A stretch of 64,000 bases of DNA from Bacteroidota bacterium. GTDB taxonomy: Bacteria > Bacteroidota > Bacteroidia > Cytophagales > Cyclobacteriaceae. The stretch covers positions 253,141-317,140 of the forward strand of contig JBCCDY010000001.1 of NCBI GenBank assembly GCA_039030555.1, read 5' to 3'. A program made the translations under genes and the position numbers. Below, one piece after another: positions 42,225 through 52,156 of the stretch. The notes beneath the pieces were generated by a model, which worked only from the letters and a program-made list of their open reading frames with translations, was not told the DNA's origin and did no database searches. Every line of letters starts with the position of its first letter. The first letter of the stretch is position 1.

Positions 42225-43577
42225 TCAATCCTGAAAAGGGTCTGACCATTTTTCGTTTGTGTAGACGTCCGAGCCACTGAGGGTTTTTACAAAAGCTACG
42301 ATGGCTTCAACCTCTTCATCATCAAGATTTAAATTCTGTCCATTTCCTCCTCTACCTCCTCTCAAACGGTTGTCTAAATTGTCATTTCGGGGATCGACTG
42401 AAATATCATTGTAGTGTGCAAGTACCGCTTCAAATGAGGTAAAGCTTCCATCATGCATTAGAGGACCATTTAATTGTCCTTCCGAATTGAACAGGTCTCT
42501 CAGCGTCGGCGATCTGGTCACGTCAAGATCAATCGCATTGGGGTCGCCAGCCACCCCGATTACACCATTATTATCCGAATCATCATCAATATCAAACTCC
42601 GGAGCACCATGACAGGTCTGGCAACCTGCCCCACCATCATTAGGCGCTGTCATATATAAGGTCTTACCCTGATTCTCGACAGCTGTAAAGTTTGGAAAAT
42701 CCTGATTGATGTTATTGACCTGAGCCAGCCCCTCATCAAATCTGGAATCAAAAGACTGAATGCTCCTGACAAACTGGGCCATGGCATTTTGCATCCTCTC
42801 TTCCGTGATTTCTGAATCTCCAAAAGCCATGGTAAATAATCCCTGATAGTAGTCCAACGTATCTAGTTTGGTAATCAGGTCATTGATATCCGGATCTCCA
42901 TTTTCACCACTGAATCCCATTTCTACATGATCCTGAATGGGCAGCGTAGTTTGTTCTTCCAGTGTATTAGCTCGCTCATCCCAGAAAAATCGTTCTTCAT
43001 CTGAAAACCGGGCGTTAACCAGCCTCATGGAATGGCGGCCTGTCACTCCGTTAACCCCTTCACTCAATTGAGCATCATCTCCAAATGCAAACTCCTGCTT
43101 GTGACAGCTGGCACACGATACTGTATTATCGATTGATAGATTCTTGTCGTAAAACAATACTCGACCTAAAGTCGCACCTTCATCCGTTATCAGATTTCCT
43201 TCAGTATTATCCTCCTGAATGTAATTTGGTACAGGCTGATTCTCATAGTTCTGCAGATTATCCGGATCTATGACTCCAGCGAAAAACTGGATAATGGCCT
43301 CCAATACGTTAGTTGGCTCTTCATCATTTTGCTGACTGGAATCATCCTCATCATTAGCATTTGAAACAAAACCCTCCGGCTGATCACATGATGAAATGGA
43401 GGAGTTTGGGTCGCCAAGTCCGTCGCTGTCAGCATCCAGATACCAGATCACTTCGCTGCATATTTCTTCCTCAATCGCTTCATTACAGCTACTCATAAAG
43501 AGCATAAAAAGGAAAAGGCTTATGATCAGAAAGAAACCTGAAGTTGTTGCTCTCTTTAAAAAATTATATTTCATCAT
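42225..43577 (-). CDS. di-haem cytochrome c peroxidase (CCP/MauG family)
   Basis: Two CxxCH haem sites (SCASCHKQ and CQTCHGAP), a lipoprotein-like signal (MSSCNE), and an acidic N-terminal extension. Confidence 0.8.
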   Translation of the reverse strand: MMKYNFLKRATTSGFFLIISLFLFMLFMSSCNEAIEEEICSEVIWYLDADSDGLGDPNSSISSCDQPEGFVSNANDEDDSSQQNDEEPTNVLEAIIQFFAGVIDPDNLQNYENQPVPNYIQEDNTEGNLITDEGATLGRVLFYDKNLSIDNTVSCASCHKQEFAFGDDAQLSEGVNGVTGRHSMRLVNARFSDEERFFWDERANTLEEQTTLPIQDHVEMGFSGENGDPDINDLITKLDTLDYYQGLFTMAFGDSEITEERMQNAMAQFVRSIQSFDSRFDEGLAQVNNINQDFPNFTAVENQGKTLYMTAPNDGGAGCQTCHGAPEFDIDDDSDNNGVIGVAGDPNAIDLDVTRSPTLRDLFNSEGQLNGPLMHDGSFTSFEAVLAHYNDISVDPRNDNLDNRLRGGRGGNGQNLNLDDEEVEAIVAFVKTLSGSDVYTNEKWSDPFQD

Positions 43578-43668
43578 GATTATTTCTTATTTGGGAGGGA
43601 ACGGACCGGATAAAAAATACCCTACCCTCAACTAAAAAATTTTATATTCAGGTCAAGAACCCCTTTTA

Positions 43669-44202
43669 ATGAGTACCTCAAAAAATGTCTGCGATGAAAC
43701 TGTTTTTCGAGAAGTGTATCGACTTCATGGAAAATCCCTGAGCAACGTTCTGTACTATCAGTTTGGGGATTTGGAAAAATCGAAAGACTTCATTCAGGAA
43801 GCATTAATCAAGCTATGGGAAAACTGTAAAAAAGTAAGTTTTGAAAAAACCAGAAGCTATTTATACTCCGTTGCCAAAAGGCTTTTTCTGGATGATTATG
43901 ATCACGAACAGGTCAAACTAAGGTTCAGAGAAAAAACGCTTTCCATTTCAAGGGATAAAACTGAAATGAACCCTGAATTCAACATGCTGGAAAGCGAGTT
44001 CAAGGAAAAACTCGAGCAAAGCATTGAGGCACTTCCTGAAAAACAGCGAATGGTGTTTTTAATGAACCGAATTGATCAAATGCCTTATAAAGAAATCGCA
44101 GAAACCCTAGATCTCAATATTAAGACGGTTGAGAAACACATCAGCGCCGCATTAAAAAACCTGAAAGGAAATATTGAAGAATTAAAAAATATTAAGATCT
44201 GA
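43669..44202 (+). CDS. ECF-subfamily RNA polymerase sigma-70 factor
   Basis: Sigma70_r2 and r4 regions. First gene of the sigma/anti-sigma/receptor trio. Confidence 0.8.
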   Translation: MSTSKNVCDETVFREVYRLHGKSLSNVLYYQFGDLEKSKDFIQEALIKLWENCKKVSFEKTRSYLYSVAKRLFLDDYDHEQVKLRFREKTLSISRDKTEMNPEFNMLESEFKEKLEQSIEALPEKQRMVFLMNRIDQMPYKEIAETLDLNIKTVEKHISAALKNLKGNIEELKNIKI

Positions 44203-44254
44203 AGGTAGGGTGTAACGCAAGCTTCCCGTTTTTCTTATACACGACGCCAAAAAA

Positions 44255-45154
44255 ATGAGTGAAAGAGATCAGGACGATTTAAGTAAATGGATTGAAGGAA
44301 AGCTCGATGACGAGTCTCTGGCTTCTTCTTATTCCAAAGAAGACATCAATAAATTCAAAGCCATCCTCAACAAGGTAGATTCTTTTGAACCTGCTCAGGA
44401 CTTACAAATTGATATTGACTCTATTGTTTCAGGAGGTAAAAAATCAGGGAGCGTATTTATGGGAGGAAATTTGAGACTTGCCATCGCTGCCTCTATAACC
44501 GTACTCCTTATCTCAGCTGCATACTTATTCTTTTATCATACTACTAAAGTCAGTACCTCTTTTGGAGAAACAATGGTTTTCACATTGCCTGATGGAACGA
44601 CTGAAGTAACACTAGGTCCAAATTCTTCCCTGAGCTATAATAATCGAAGATTCCCAAGAAAAAGGAGAGTTAGATTGGATGGACAGGCTTTTTTCGATGT
44701 CAACGAAAAAGGGGACTTCAAGGTAGAATTCGAGGACGGAGAAGTTAATGTTCTGGGAACTGAATTCGAAGTTCTGGAATATGAAAGCGGTTTAAAAGTA
44801 GCTTGCTATGAAGGCAAGGTTTCCATGAGTTATGAATCACAAACTCAGGAAATCGAAGCAGGTGAACTTATCAGGTTTATCGATGGTGTAACCGATTCCA
44901 GATTAATAGACACCCAAAGCCCTGCATGGATTAAAGGAACGAGTTCTTTTGAGGATGCTCCACTAAAAGAAGTAATTAATGTACTCAAAAGCGTATTTGA
45001 AGTGGAGGTAATTACCAACGATATTGATCTTGAAAGACGTTTCACTGGAAAATTCAATCATGAAAATCTGGAACTGGCCTGCAAAGTTGTGTTCTCATCT
45101 TTATCTGTCGATTATACATTAGAGGGTAAAACCATAACTTTATCCTCCAAATAA
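44255..45154 (+). CDS. FecR-family anti-sigma factor
   Basis: One TM and a FecR domain (LPDGTTEVTLGPNSSLSY). Confidence 0.75.
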   Translation: MSERDQDDLSKWIEGKLDDESLASSYSKEDINKFKAILNKVDSFEPAQDLQIDIDSIVSGGKKSGSVFMGGNLRLAIAASITVLLISAAYLFFYHTTKVSTSFGETMVFTLPDGTTEVTLGPNSSLSYNNRRFPRKRRVRLDGQAFFDVNEKGDFKVEFEDGEVNVLGTEFEVLEYESGLKVACYEGKVSMSYESQTQEIEAGELIRFIDGVTDSRLIDTQSPAWIKGTSSFEDAPLKEVINVLKSVFEVEVITNDIDLERRFTGKFNHENLELACKVVFSSLSVDYTLEGKTITLSSK

Positions 45155-45166
45155 GAAAACTATATT

Positions 45167-47728
45167 TTGAAGATAGGAACGCCACCTTTATGGGTACTTT
45201 TTGCGCTTTTTTTTCAAACCGCACATGCTCAGAAGAAGATACGATTAGTTGACGTTCTCAAGAGTATTGAAGAAAGTGACTCGGTAAGCTTTTCATACGA
45301 TTTTAAGCTTATCAATGAAGTTTATTTTCCTGAAGCTTATGACCTTCAGGCTCTTTCGAAATACCTTAAAAACAATAAAGGTGTTGAGCTTCAGTTTCTG
45401 GATGAAGGTTTTTATTCCGTTACACCTGCTTCCAAAAGCTATTCATTTCAGTTTAACACTGAAAATGGTGAAGCTGATTTGGCTAACGAAATTGCAACGG
45501 TTTCGAACAAAGGAAAACCCATTTTTCAGGAAGTTCTTGAAAATGGCACTCTTTCATTTGAGCATAAGCCCTCTCTGGAAGACTCCATTCAAATCTCAGT
45601 AGTCGGTTATGAAACCGTGAACCTATCCTCTAGGGAATTACTCAATCAAATCACATTTGATAAGGAGCTGAAAATCAAAACTACCTTACTAAAGGATGTG
45701 ATAATCCAGAACTACATCACAAGGGGCATTAATTTCTCCGCAATAGATCATAAGACAACAATTAACATTGATGATTTGGCACTTTTACCCGGTGAAACTG
45801 ACGGAGATGTTTTTTCAGCTCTGGCAACACTTCCCGGGGTAAGCTCGCCGGATGGAAGGGCAGGGAACCTTTTTTTGAGAGGAAGTCCTCCTGATCAAAG
45901 TTTTATTCTTTTCAATGAAATCCCCATCTATCACAGGGGTCATTATTTCGGAACCATTTCCCCGTACAACCCAAAATCGATACAGCAAATTGAGGTCAGT
46001 AAAAATGGGTATTCAGCCAAGAACGGTGGGCGTGTAGGAGGGCTTATTTCAATTCGTTCCAAACCTGAAAAGTCAAAAAAGCCAACTATCGGTGTTGGAG
46101 CCAATACCCTATACGCTCAGGCTTTTGGAAACACTACATTTAATAAGAATCGAACACAAATCTCGGCTGGCTATCGGCAGTCATTTCCCAGTGACTGGCA
46201 ATCTCCAAAACTGGAAGTCATAACGGATCGTATTCTTCTAGGATCTCCTATCGACCCAAACAATATGCGTACGGTAGTAGAAAATTATCGGGTCAACTTT
46301 CGAGATTTCAATATTGATCTAATACACCAAATCAATTCAAAAAATGAGCTTAGTATTCAGTTCCTAAATATCTTCAATAGAACAAGCTATGATTTTTCTG
46401 AAGATGATCTGCTTGCCAATGAAGAAAGTGAGTTCTTTAATAATGGTCTGAACATTAACCTTCAGACAGAAATTACAGATCGAATCAAAGGAACCGGATC
46501 TTTTCTCTATAGCCGATATACATCAGGCTTTATTTCTGAACAATTTCGAGGTGGTTCTCCACAAGCTCAAACAGGCACACGCGACAATATTGTTGAAGAC
46601 TATTCTTTTAAATATGATCTGGAGATTTCCGTGGGATATAATTATCTGAATGCAGGTTTGGAATTGAATTATCAGGAATCAGAATTTGAACTAACCAATC
46701 CCGGTAATCCAATGATGATGCGTCCTCCACTAGTTTTAAATCAGGAGGTTAGTTCCATAATTCCAGCGCTTTATAGCGATTTCCAATTCAATCAGTGGGA
46801 CGATTTCTTTTTTCAGGCCGGTTTAAGGGCTGTTTATTATGAAGAGCTGGAACAATTTGAATTGGAGCCAAGGCTATTTTTAAACTATCAGGTTTCCAAT
46901 GACATCTTGTTCAAATCTTCCTATGGTCGATACAACCAGTTCATCGGTCAGGTCAGAAATCTGGATTTTGGGCAGGCCGGCTTTGAAAACGGACTCTGGT
47001 TAAATGCCAATGAGGAAAACATAAGTCCAATACAAAGCAATCAGTTTATGCTGGGATCAACTCTATCTTTTGGAAAGCTAACTTTTGATGTAGAAGGGTT
47101 TCTTAAGTATACCGGTGATGTCACCTTTTCAAGTACTGTTAATTTGAGACCCAACTCAACATTCTCCAATGCAGATTATGAAGCAAAAGGAGTGGACATT
47201 CTGTTAAAATACAGTCCAACCCAAAACCTGGATCTGTGGTCCAGCTACTCATTTGTCGACAATCAGTTTGTGTTTGATGACTCCGATGGCTTTGAACAAA
47301 CTCCGGATTTTGATCAACCACACAATTACAGTTTTACAGGAAGCTACCAGAAAAATCGTTTCAAATTCACATTGGGATGGAGATGGGCGTCCGGTCTGGT
47401 GGGACGTTCTTTCGAATTACAACAGGAATTAATGGCTGCTACTCAACGACCAGCGATGCCGGGACAAGGGGGTATGATGCCTCCTCCCAATCAACCTATG
47501 CAGGAAATTCCTGAACGTTATGAGCCTACTCATGCCCTTGATATCTCATCAAGCTATACGCTACCAAAAACAGAAAAGCAATCTTTTATCACAACCTTCG
47601 GTGTCTCGCTTTTGAATGTCTATGACAGGGAAAATGTGCTCGATCAAATTGTAGGTCCAACCGGAGGCTTAATTGTTCGAAACAGTTTCGGATTCGCCCC
47701 CAACTTTATGTTAACCGTTCAGTGGTAA
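45167..47728 (+). CDS. TonB-dependent receptor (FecA-like, sigma/anti-sigma coupled)
   Basis: 853 aa. N-terminal signalling extension, plug, and a barrel with the terminal TVQW. Confidence 0.8.
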   Translation: MKIGTPPLWVLFALFFQTAHAQKKIRLVDVLKSIEESDSVSFSYDFKLINEVYFPEAYDLQALSKYLKNNKGVELQFLDEGFYSVTPASKSYSFQFNTENGEADLANEIATVSNKGKPIFQEVLENGTLSFEHKPSLEDSIQISVVGYETVNLSSRELLNQITFDKELKIKTTLLKDVIIQNYITRGINFSAIDHKTTINIDDLALLPGETDGDVFSALATLPGVSSPDGRAGNLFLRGSPPDQSFILFNEIPIYHRGHYFGTISPYNPKSIQQIEVSKNGYSAKNGGRVGGLISIRSKPEKSKKPTIGVGANTLYAQAFGNTTFNKNRTQISAGYRQSFPSDWQSPKLEVITDRILLGSPIDPNNMRTVVENYRVNFRDFNIDLIHQINSKNELSIQFLNIFNRTSYDFSEDDLLANEESEFFNNGLNINLQTEITDRIKGTGSFLYSRYTSGFISEQFRGGSPQAQTGTRDNIVEDYSFKYDLEISVGYNYLNAGLELNYQESEFELTNPGNPMMMRPPLVLNQEVSSIIPALYSDFQFNQWDDFFFQAGLRAVYYEELEQFELEPRLFLNYQVSNDILFKSSYGRYNQFIGQVRNLDFGQAGFENGLWLNANEENISPIQSNQFMLGSTLSFGKLTFDVEGFLKYTGDVTFSSTVNLRPNSTFSNADYEAKGVDILLKYSPTQNLDLWSSYSFVDNQFVFDDSDGFEQTPDFDQPHNYSFTGSYQKNRFKFTLGWRWASGLVGRSFELQQELMAATQRPAMPGQGGMMPPPNQPMQEIPERYEPTHALDISSSYTLPKTEKQSFITTFGVSLLNVYDRENVLDQIVGPTGGLIVRNSFGFAPNFMLTVQW

Positions 47729-48097
47729 AAGTTTTTATCAGGTAGGGTAATTTCTTTTGAATCAGTTCTCTCATTGTTAAACAGGAAAACAATGGGAATT
47801 TTTATTATTTGCTTCGGAACGATTGGCTTAATACCCATCTCAAAATTCATTCTTGATGCTGTATCTGAACTCGGAATCAAGACCGTAAAAACTGTTAATC
47901 GAAGGAAATAAACTGTTCAGGCCATTGCAGCTACTGTATTGAGCACACTCATCTTTTTTTGTATATCAATTGAGTCCGACACTAATATGAGGAGAAACCA
48001 GTCGACCAGACTTCATCAACAGTCAAGGGCAAACTAAATCATTGTTCCCTGACTTAATAATCTCAGAACCCTCTCCCTCTTTTCAGGTTCCTAGGGT

Positions 48098-49627
48098 ATG
48101 AAAACCCTAAGACTAATTCTTGGAGACCAACTGAACTACCAGCATTCGTGGTTTGACCAAAAAAATAACGATATCGTCTATTTCATAGCGGAAATGCGTC
48201 AGGAAACAGACTATGTTAAGCATCATATCCAGAAAGTAGTCGGCTTTTTCGCAGCGATGAGATCATTCACTGAATGGCTTAAGAAAGAAGGGCATGAAGT
48301 TATCTACTACAAAATCAATGATGGTGAGAATACTCAAAAGCTCCCTGAAAATATACTTCAACTCATTGATTCTGAGAAAATTGAAAAGTTTGAATATCAA
48401 TTACCCGATGAATATCGGCTTGATGTTCAACTAAAAGAATTTTGCGAGAAGCTGGAAATTCAGTACGAAGTCTATGATACAGAACATTTTCTGTCCGACC
48501 GTTTGGAAGTAGAAGAAACTTTTCGGGGTAAGAAGCAATACCTGATGGAAACCTTCTACCGGAAAATGAGGAAAAAGTACGAACTCTTGATGGATAACGG
48601 GCAGCCAGAAGGAGGAGACTGGAACTACGATGAAGAAAACCGAAAGCCCTGGAAAGAAGGTACTTCAATCCCTGATCGAAATTTTGAATTTAATGATGTC
48701 TCTGAAATCCTTTCCGAAGTAGAGAAATCTGGAGCTCAAACCTTCGGAGAGATCGATCCGGAAAGGTTTATCTGGCCAGTCGAAAGATCACAGGCAGAAA
48801 AAGCACTTAAGCGTTTTGTGAATGATTTCCTTCCCAACTTTGGCAAGTTTCAGGATGCATTAGCACAAGACAAAGATTTTCTTTTTCATTCACTTCTATC
48901 ATTCGCACTTAACTCAAAAATTCTTTCCCCTAAAGAAGTCATTGAAAAAGCCATTGACGCCTATCGTACAAGGGACGATATTTCTCTAGCAGCTATTGAA
49001 GGTTTTGTCCGTCAGATTATTGGCTGGCGTGAATTCATGAGGGGAATCTACTGGGCCAAGATGCCAGATTACGAGCATAAAAATTTCTTTGATCATGATA
49101 GAGAGCTTCCAGAATGGTATTGGACCGGAGAGACGAAAATGAACTGCCTTAAACAAAGCATTAAAGGTTCTTTGAAAAATGCCTATGCTCACCATATCCA
49201 GCGGCTTATGGTCACCGGAAATTTTGCATTACTGGCCGGAATCGATCCTGACGATCTGGATAAATGGTATCTGGGAATTTACATTGATGCCATTCAGTGG
49301 GTAGAGATCACCAACACCCGAGGAATGAGCCAGTTTGCAGATGGGGGGATTGTGGGGACAAAGCCTTACGTTTCCTCATCGAACTACATCAACAAAATGG
49401 GTAACTATTGCAAAAACTGTAGTTATTCTCAATCAAAAAAAACTGGTGAAAACGCCTGTCCGTTTAATAGTTTATATTGGAATTTCTATGACCGACATTG
49501 GGATAAGCTGGAAAAGAACCCTAGAATAGCTATGATGTACCGAACTTGGGACCGAATGGGAAATGAAAAGCAGGAAGAATATTTAAGTCAGGCACAGCAT
49601 TATTTAAAGAATATAAATAATTTGTAG
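48098..49627 (+). CDS. cryptochrome/photolyase family protein, FeS-BCP / bacterial (6-4) photolyase type
   Basis: N-terminal MKTLRLILGDQLN (COG3046-type) and a C-terminal Cys cluster YCKNCSY...ACPF. Together with an upstream Cys these could ligate a 4Fe-4S cluster, as in PhrB/CryB. Confidence 0.65.
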   Translation: MKTLRLILGDQLNYQHSWFDQKNNDIVYFIAEMRQETDYVKHHIQKVVGFFAAMRSFTEWLKKEGHEVIYYKINDGENTQKLPENILQLIDSEKIEKFEYQLPDEYRLDVQLKEFCEKLEIQYEVYDTEHFLSDRLEVEETFRGKKQYLMETFYRKMRKKYELLMDNGQPEGGDWNYDEENRKPWKEGTSIPDRNFEFNDVSEILSEVEKSGAQTFGEIDPERFIWPVERSQAEKALKRFVNDFLPNFGKFQDALAQDKDFLFHSLLSFALNSKILSPKEVIEKAIDAYRTRDDISLAAIEGFVRQIIGWREFMRGIYWAKMPDYEHKNFFDHDRELPEWYWTGETKMNCLKQSIKGSLKNAYAHHIQRLMVTGNFALLAGIDPDDLDKWYLGIYIDAIQWVEITNTRGMSQFADGGIVGTKPYVSSSNYINKMGNYCKNCSYSQSKKTGENACPFNSLYWNFYDRHWDKLEKNPRIAMMYRTWDRMGNEKQEEYLSQAQHYLKNINNL

Positions 49628-49640
49628 TTAAACTTGATCT

Positions 49641-50231
49641 ATGACGAAAATAGCTAACGTCTCAGCAGATAAAGCGCTCGAACTACTAATTGAAGGTAAT
49701 AAGCGCTTTATCGAAAACCACAGTCAGCATCCTCACGAAGATCAGGAATGGCGTATTAAACTCAAGGAAGGTCAACATCCCTTTGCAGTAATACTCACTT
49801 GTGCGGATAGCCGTGTTGCCCCTGAAATTGTGTTCGATCAGGGACTTGGTGATCTATTTGTTGTTCGAGTGGCAGGTAACGTTGCTAAAGAAAAAGTGCT
49901 CGGCAGTATCGAATATGCAGTAGCTAACCTGGGAGTGAACCTGGTTATGGTCCTAGGCCATGAGAAGTGTGGGGCAGTTCATGCAGCTATTGGTTCTGAT
50001 GTACATCCTGGACACATCGGAATTATCCTTGAAAACATTAAACCTGCGGTATATATGGCACAAGGGCAAGAGGGTGATCTGCTTACTAATGCTGTGAAAA
50101 ACAATGCTAAAATTGTTGCTGGTTTCGTTCGTGAGTCACAACCCGTGATGGCACCTCTAGTAGAAGAAGGCGGAGTAAAAGTAGTACCTGCTTATTACAG
50201 TATTGCCCAAAATCAGGTCGAATTACTCTAA
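49641..50231 (+). CDS. beta-class carbonic anhydrase
   Basis: ILTCADSRVAPEIVFDQGLGDLFVVRVAGN and GHEKCGAVHAA zinc-ligand motifs. Confidence 0.8.
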   Translation: MTKIANVSADKALELLIEGNKRFIENHSQHPHEDQEWRIKLKEGQHPFAVILTCADSRVAPEIVFDQGLGDLFVVRVAGNVAKEKVLGSIEYAVANLGVNLVMVLGHEKCGAVHAAIGSDVHPGHIGIILENIKPAVYMAQGQEGDLLTNAVKNNAKIVAGFVRESQPVMAPLVEEGGVKVVPAYYSIAQNQVELL

Positions 50232-50839
50232 CCCTTTAAATCATTTAGATAAAAGCTGACCCATTCTTTATGGTCAGCATGCCAGTCGTTAATGTCTTCA
50301 AACCTTTTCCAGACAACTTCTTCACTTTCGTGGGACTTTTGAAGTGTTCCTCCAATAATTTTACATTCGAACAGGCTATGATAGGAAGTAAATGGAAATG
50401 AGGCATTCGGTGTTCGGCTCATTAAGCCTACTAATCTCATGACTTCTATTTCGAAACCCGTTTCTTCGTGCAGCTCTCTTTGAATATTTTCTTCAGCAGA
50501 ATATCCGACTTCAGCCCAGCCTCCCGGAAGTCCCCAACATCCATCGTCAATTCTTTTCTCTAGCAAAAACTCTCCTTCTTGATTTCTCAAAATTCCATTG
50601 ACCCCTATTTTGGGAGTAATGTATCCTGTTTGATCTATCGGGTCTAAGCTTTTAGCATCCAGATCAAAAATATCTTTGCTGAGCTGTTCTGCGATTTCGC
50701 TCAATTCTTCGTACCTGTTTTGATCATACGGGCTTTTCGCGTATCGACCCCCTGTAGTTGCAATTTTCCGGATTTGCTCTATTTGCTTTAAGACTGATAT
50801 CTCTTCCACTCTACTGATTTTTGTTAGTGCATTAACCAC
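50228..50839 (-). CDS. NUDIX hydrolase with N-terminal extension
   Basis: Nudix box GGWAEVGYSAEENIQRELHEETGF. Confidence 0.7.
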   Translation of the reverse strand: MVNALTKISRVEEISVLKQIEQIRKIATTGGRYAKSPYDQNRYEELSEIAEQLSKDIFDLDAKSLDPIDQTGYITPKIGVNGILRNQEGEFLLEKRIDDGCWGLPGGWAEVGYSAEENIQRELHEETGFEIEVMRLVGLMSRTPNASFPFTSYHSLFECKIIGGTLQKSHESEEVVWKRFEDINDWHADHKEWVSFYLNDLKG

Positions 50840-51117
50840 TCAGCATCGCTGACCATACAAACGCCTCCTGATCTTTTAAGGAACTTCCTCAGTGGTTCTT
50901 TTATCTGCTCAAATTCTTCATTTGAAATCCCGAGGATGATCATTACGTTTTGAAATCCATCATGGAGTCCATCAGCATCTTGTATGCCTCTTGAACCCAA
51001 CCCCTGTACATTCCTGATCATCGTATAACCCCTCAACTCCTGCTCTTCGATGACTTCCATCAATTTTTTGGATTCTATGGCTCCGCAAATAATTTCTACT
51101 CTTTTCAATGCCTTCAT
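50824..51117 (-). CDS. PII-like (GlnB-fold) small protein, SbtB-like
   Basis: 97 aa. The spacing of beta-alpha-beta elements and the GYTMIRNVQGLGSRG T-loop-like segment fit a PII fold. Lies immediately downstream of the permease. Confidence 0.5.
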   Translation of the reverse strand: MKALKRVEIICGAIESKKLMEVIEEQELRGYTMIRNVQGLGSRGIQDADGLHDGFQNVMIILGISNEEFEQIKEPLRKFLKRSGGVCMVSDAEWLMH

Positions 51118-51132
51118 ATCAGCAGGGGTCTT

Positions 51133-52113
51133 CTAGTTTAAAACAGATTGAATCCAGGTCAGCACACTAAAATATAGTGGCAGACCTAAGATAATATTAA
51201 AGGGAAAAATAAGTGCCAATGATAAGGAGACGTAAAGTCCTGGATTCGCTTCCGGAACCGTAATTCTCATAGCGGCCGGCACTGCGATATAGGATGCGCT
51301 GGCAAAAAGCACCGTCAAGAGGAAAGCATTACCAATGGATAGATCAAAAATTGCGAAACAAGCTATACCAACAGCAGCATTAAACAGCGGTATCAGTATG
51401 CTCATCCATAAAAGACCTGAACCGCTCTGTCTTAATGACTTGATACGTTTCCCGGCAAGTATTCCCATATCCAATAAAAAGAAGGTGAGCATTCCTTTGA
51501 AGATACTTCCGGTGAAAGGTTCAAGAGAGGCAAGGTCTTTTTCGTTGGCAACCAGTCCAATAAGCAGACTGCCTAATATCAAAACCACGGAACCATTAGT
51601 AAGTGCTTCTTTGATTATGGAACCATAGCCATTAGAGTTCTCCTCATTATCTTTCAAATGGTAGCGTATTAAGAATACACCTACTATGATTGCGGGTGAC
51701 TCCATTAGAGCCATTGAGGCAACCATATGTCCGCCATAACTTACGCCCTGACCATCCAGAAAAGCGCAGGCCGTCACAAAAGTGACTGCGCTTATAGAAC
51801 CAAAAGTCGCTGCGATGGCTCCTGCATCATGTATTCCTACTTTTCTCTTCAGGGCATAAAATGAGTAAACCGGAACCAGAAAAGCCATAAGAATGGCGAG
51901 TCCCAAAGTAAGTACTACCTCATTGTTCAAACCGCTATGAGATAGCTCGACGCCTCCTTTAATTCCAATGGAAAAGAGTAAATACAAGGAAAAGAGTTTT
52001 GGTAGTGGCTGAGGAATATCCAGATCCGATTTGATGTATGTGCTTAACATTCCGAGAAAGAAAAACAATACAGGAACGTTCAGAACATTGGAAAGAATAG
52101 ATTCTATTGCCAT
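51133..52113 (-). CDS. SbtA-like sodium-dependent bicarbonate transporter family permease (DUF897/COG3329)
   Basis: 326 aa with about 10 TM, two inverted halves and a Gly-rich IGIKGG segment, as in the Sbt_1 family. Call from memory of the family, not verified. Confidence 0.5.
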   Translation of the reverse strand: MAIESILSNVLNVPVLFFFLGMLSTYIKSDLDIPQPLPKLFSLYLLFSIGIKGGVELSHSGLNNEVVLTLGLAILMAFLVPVYSFYALKRKVGIHDAGAIAATFGSISAVTFVTACAFLDGQGVSYGGHMVASMALMESPAIIVGVFLIRYHLKDNEENSNGYGSIIKEALTNGSVVLILGSLLIGLVANEKDLASLEPFTGSIFKGMLTFFLLDMGILAGKRIKSLRQSGSGLLWMSILIPLFNAAVGIACFAIFDLSIGNAFLLTVLFASASYIAVPAAMRITVPEANPGLYVSLSLALIFPFNIILGLPLYFSVLTWIQSVLN

Positions 52114-52156
52114 AAATAGGTCTTAGTAAGGATAATACTACGGAATTAAATGGATT

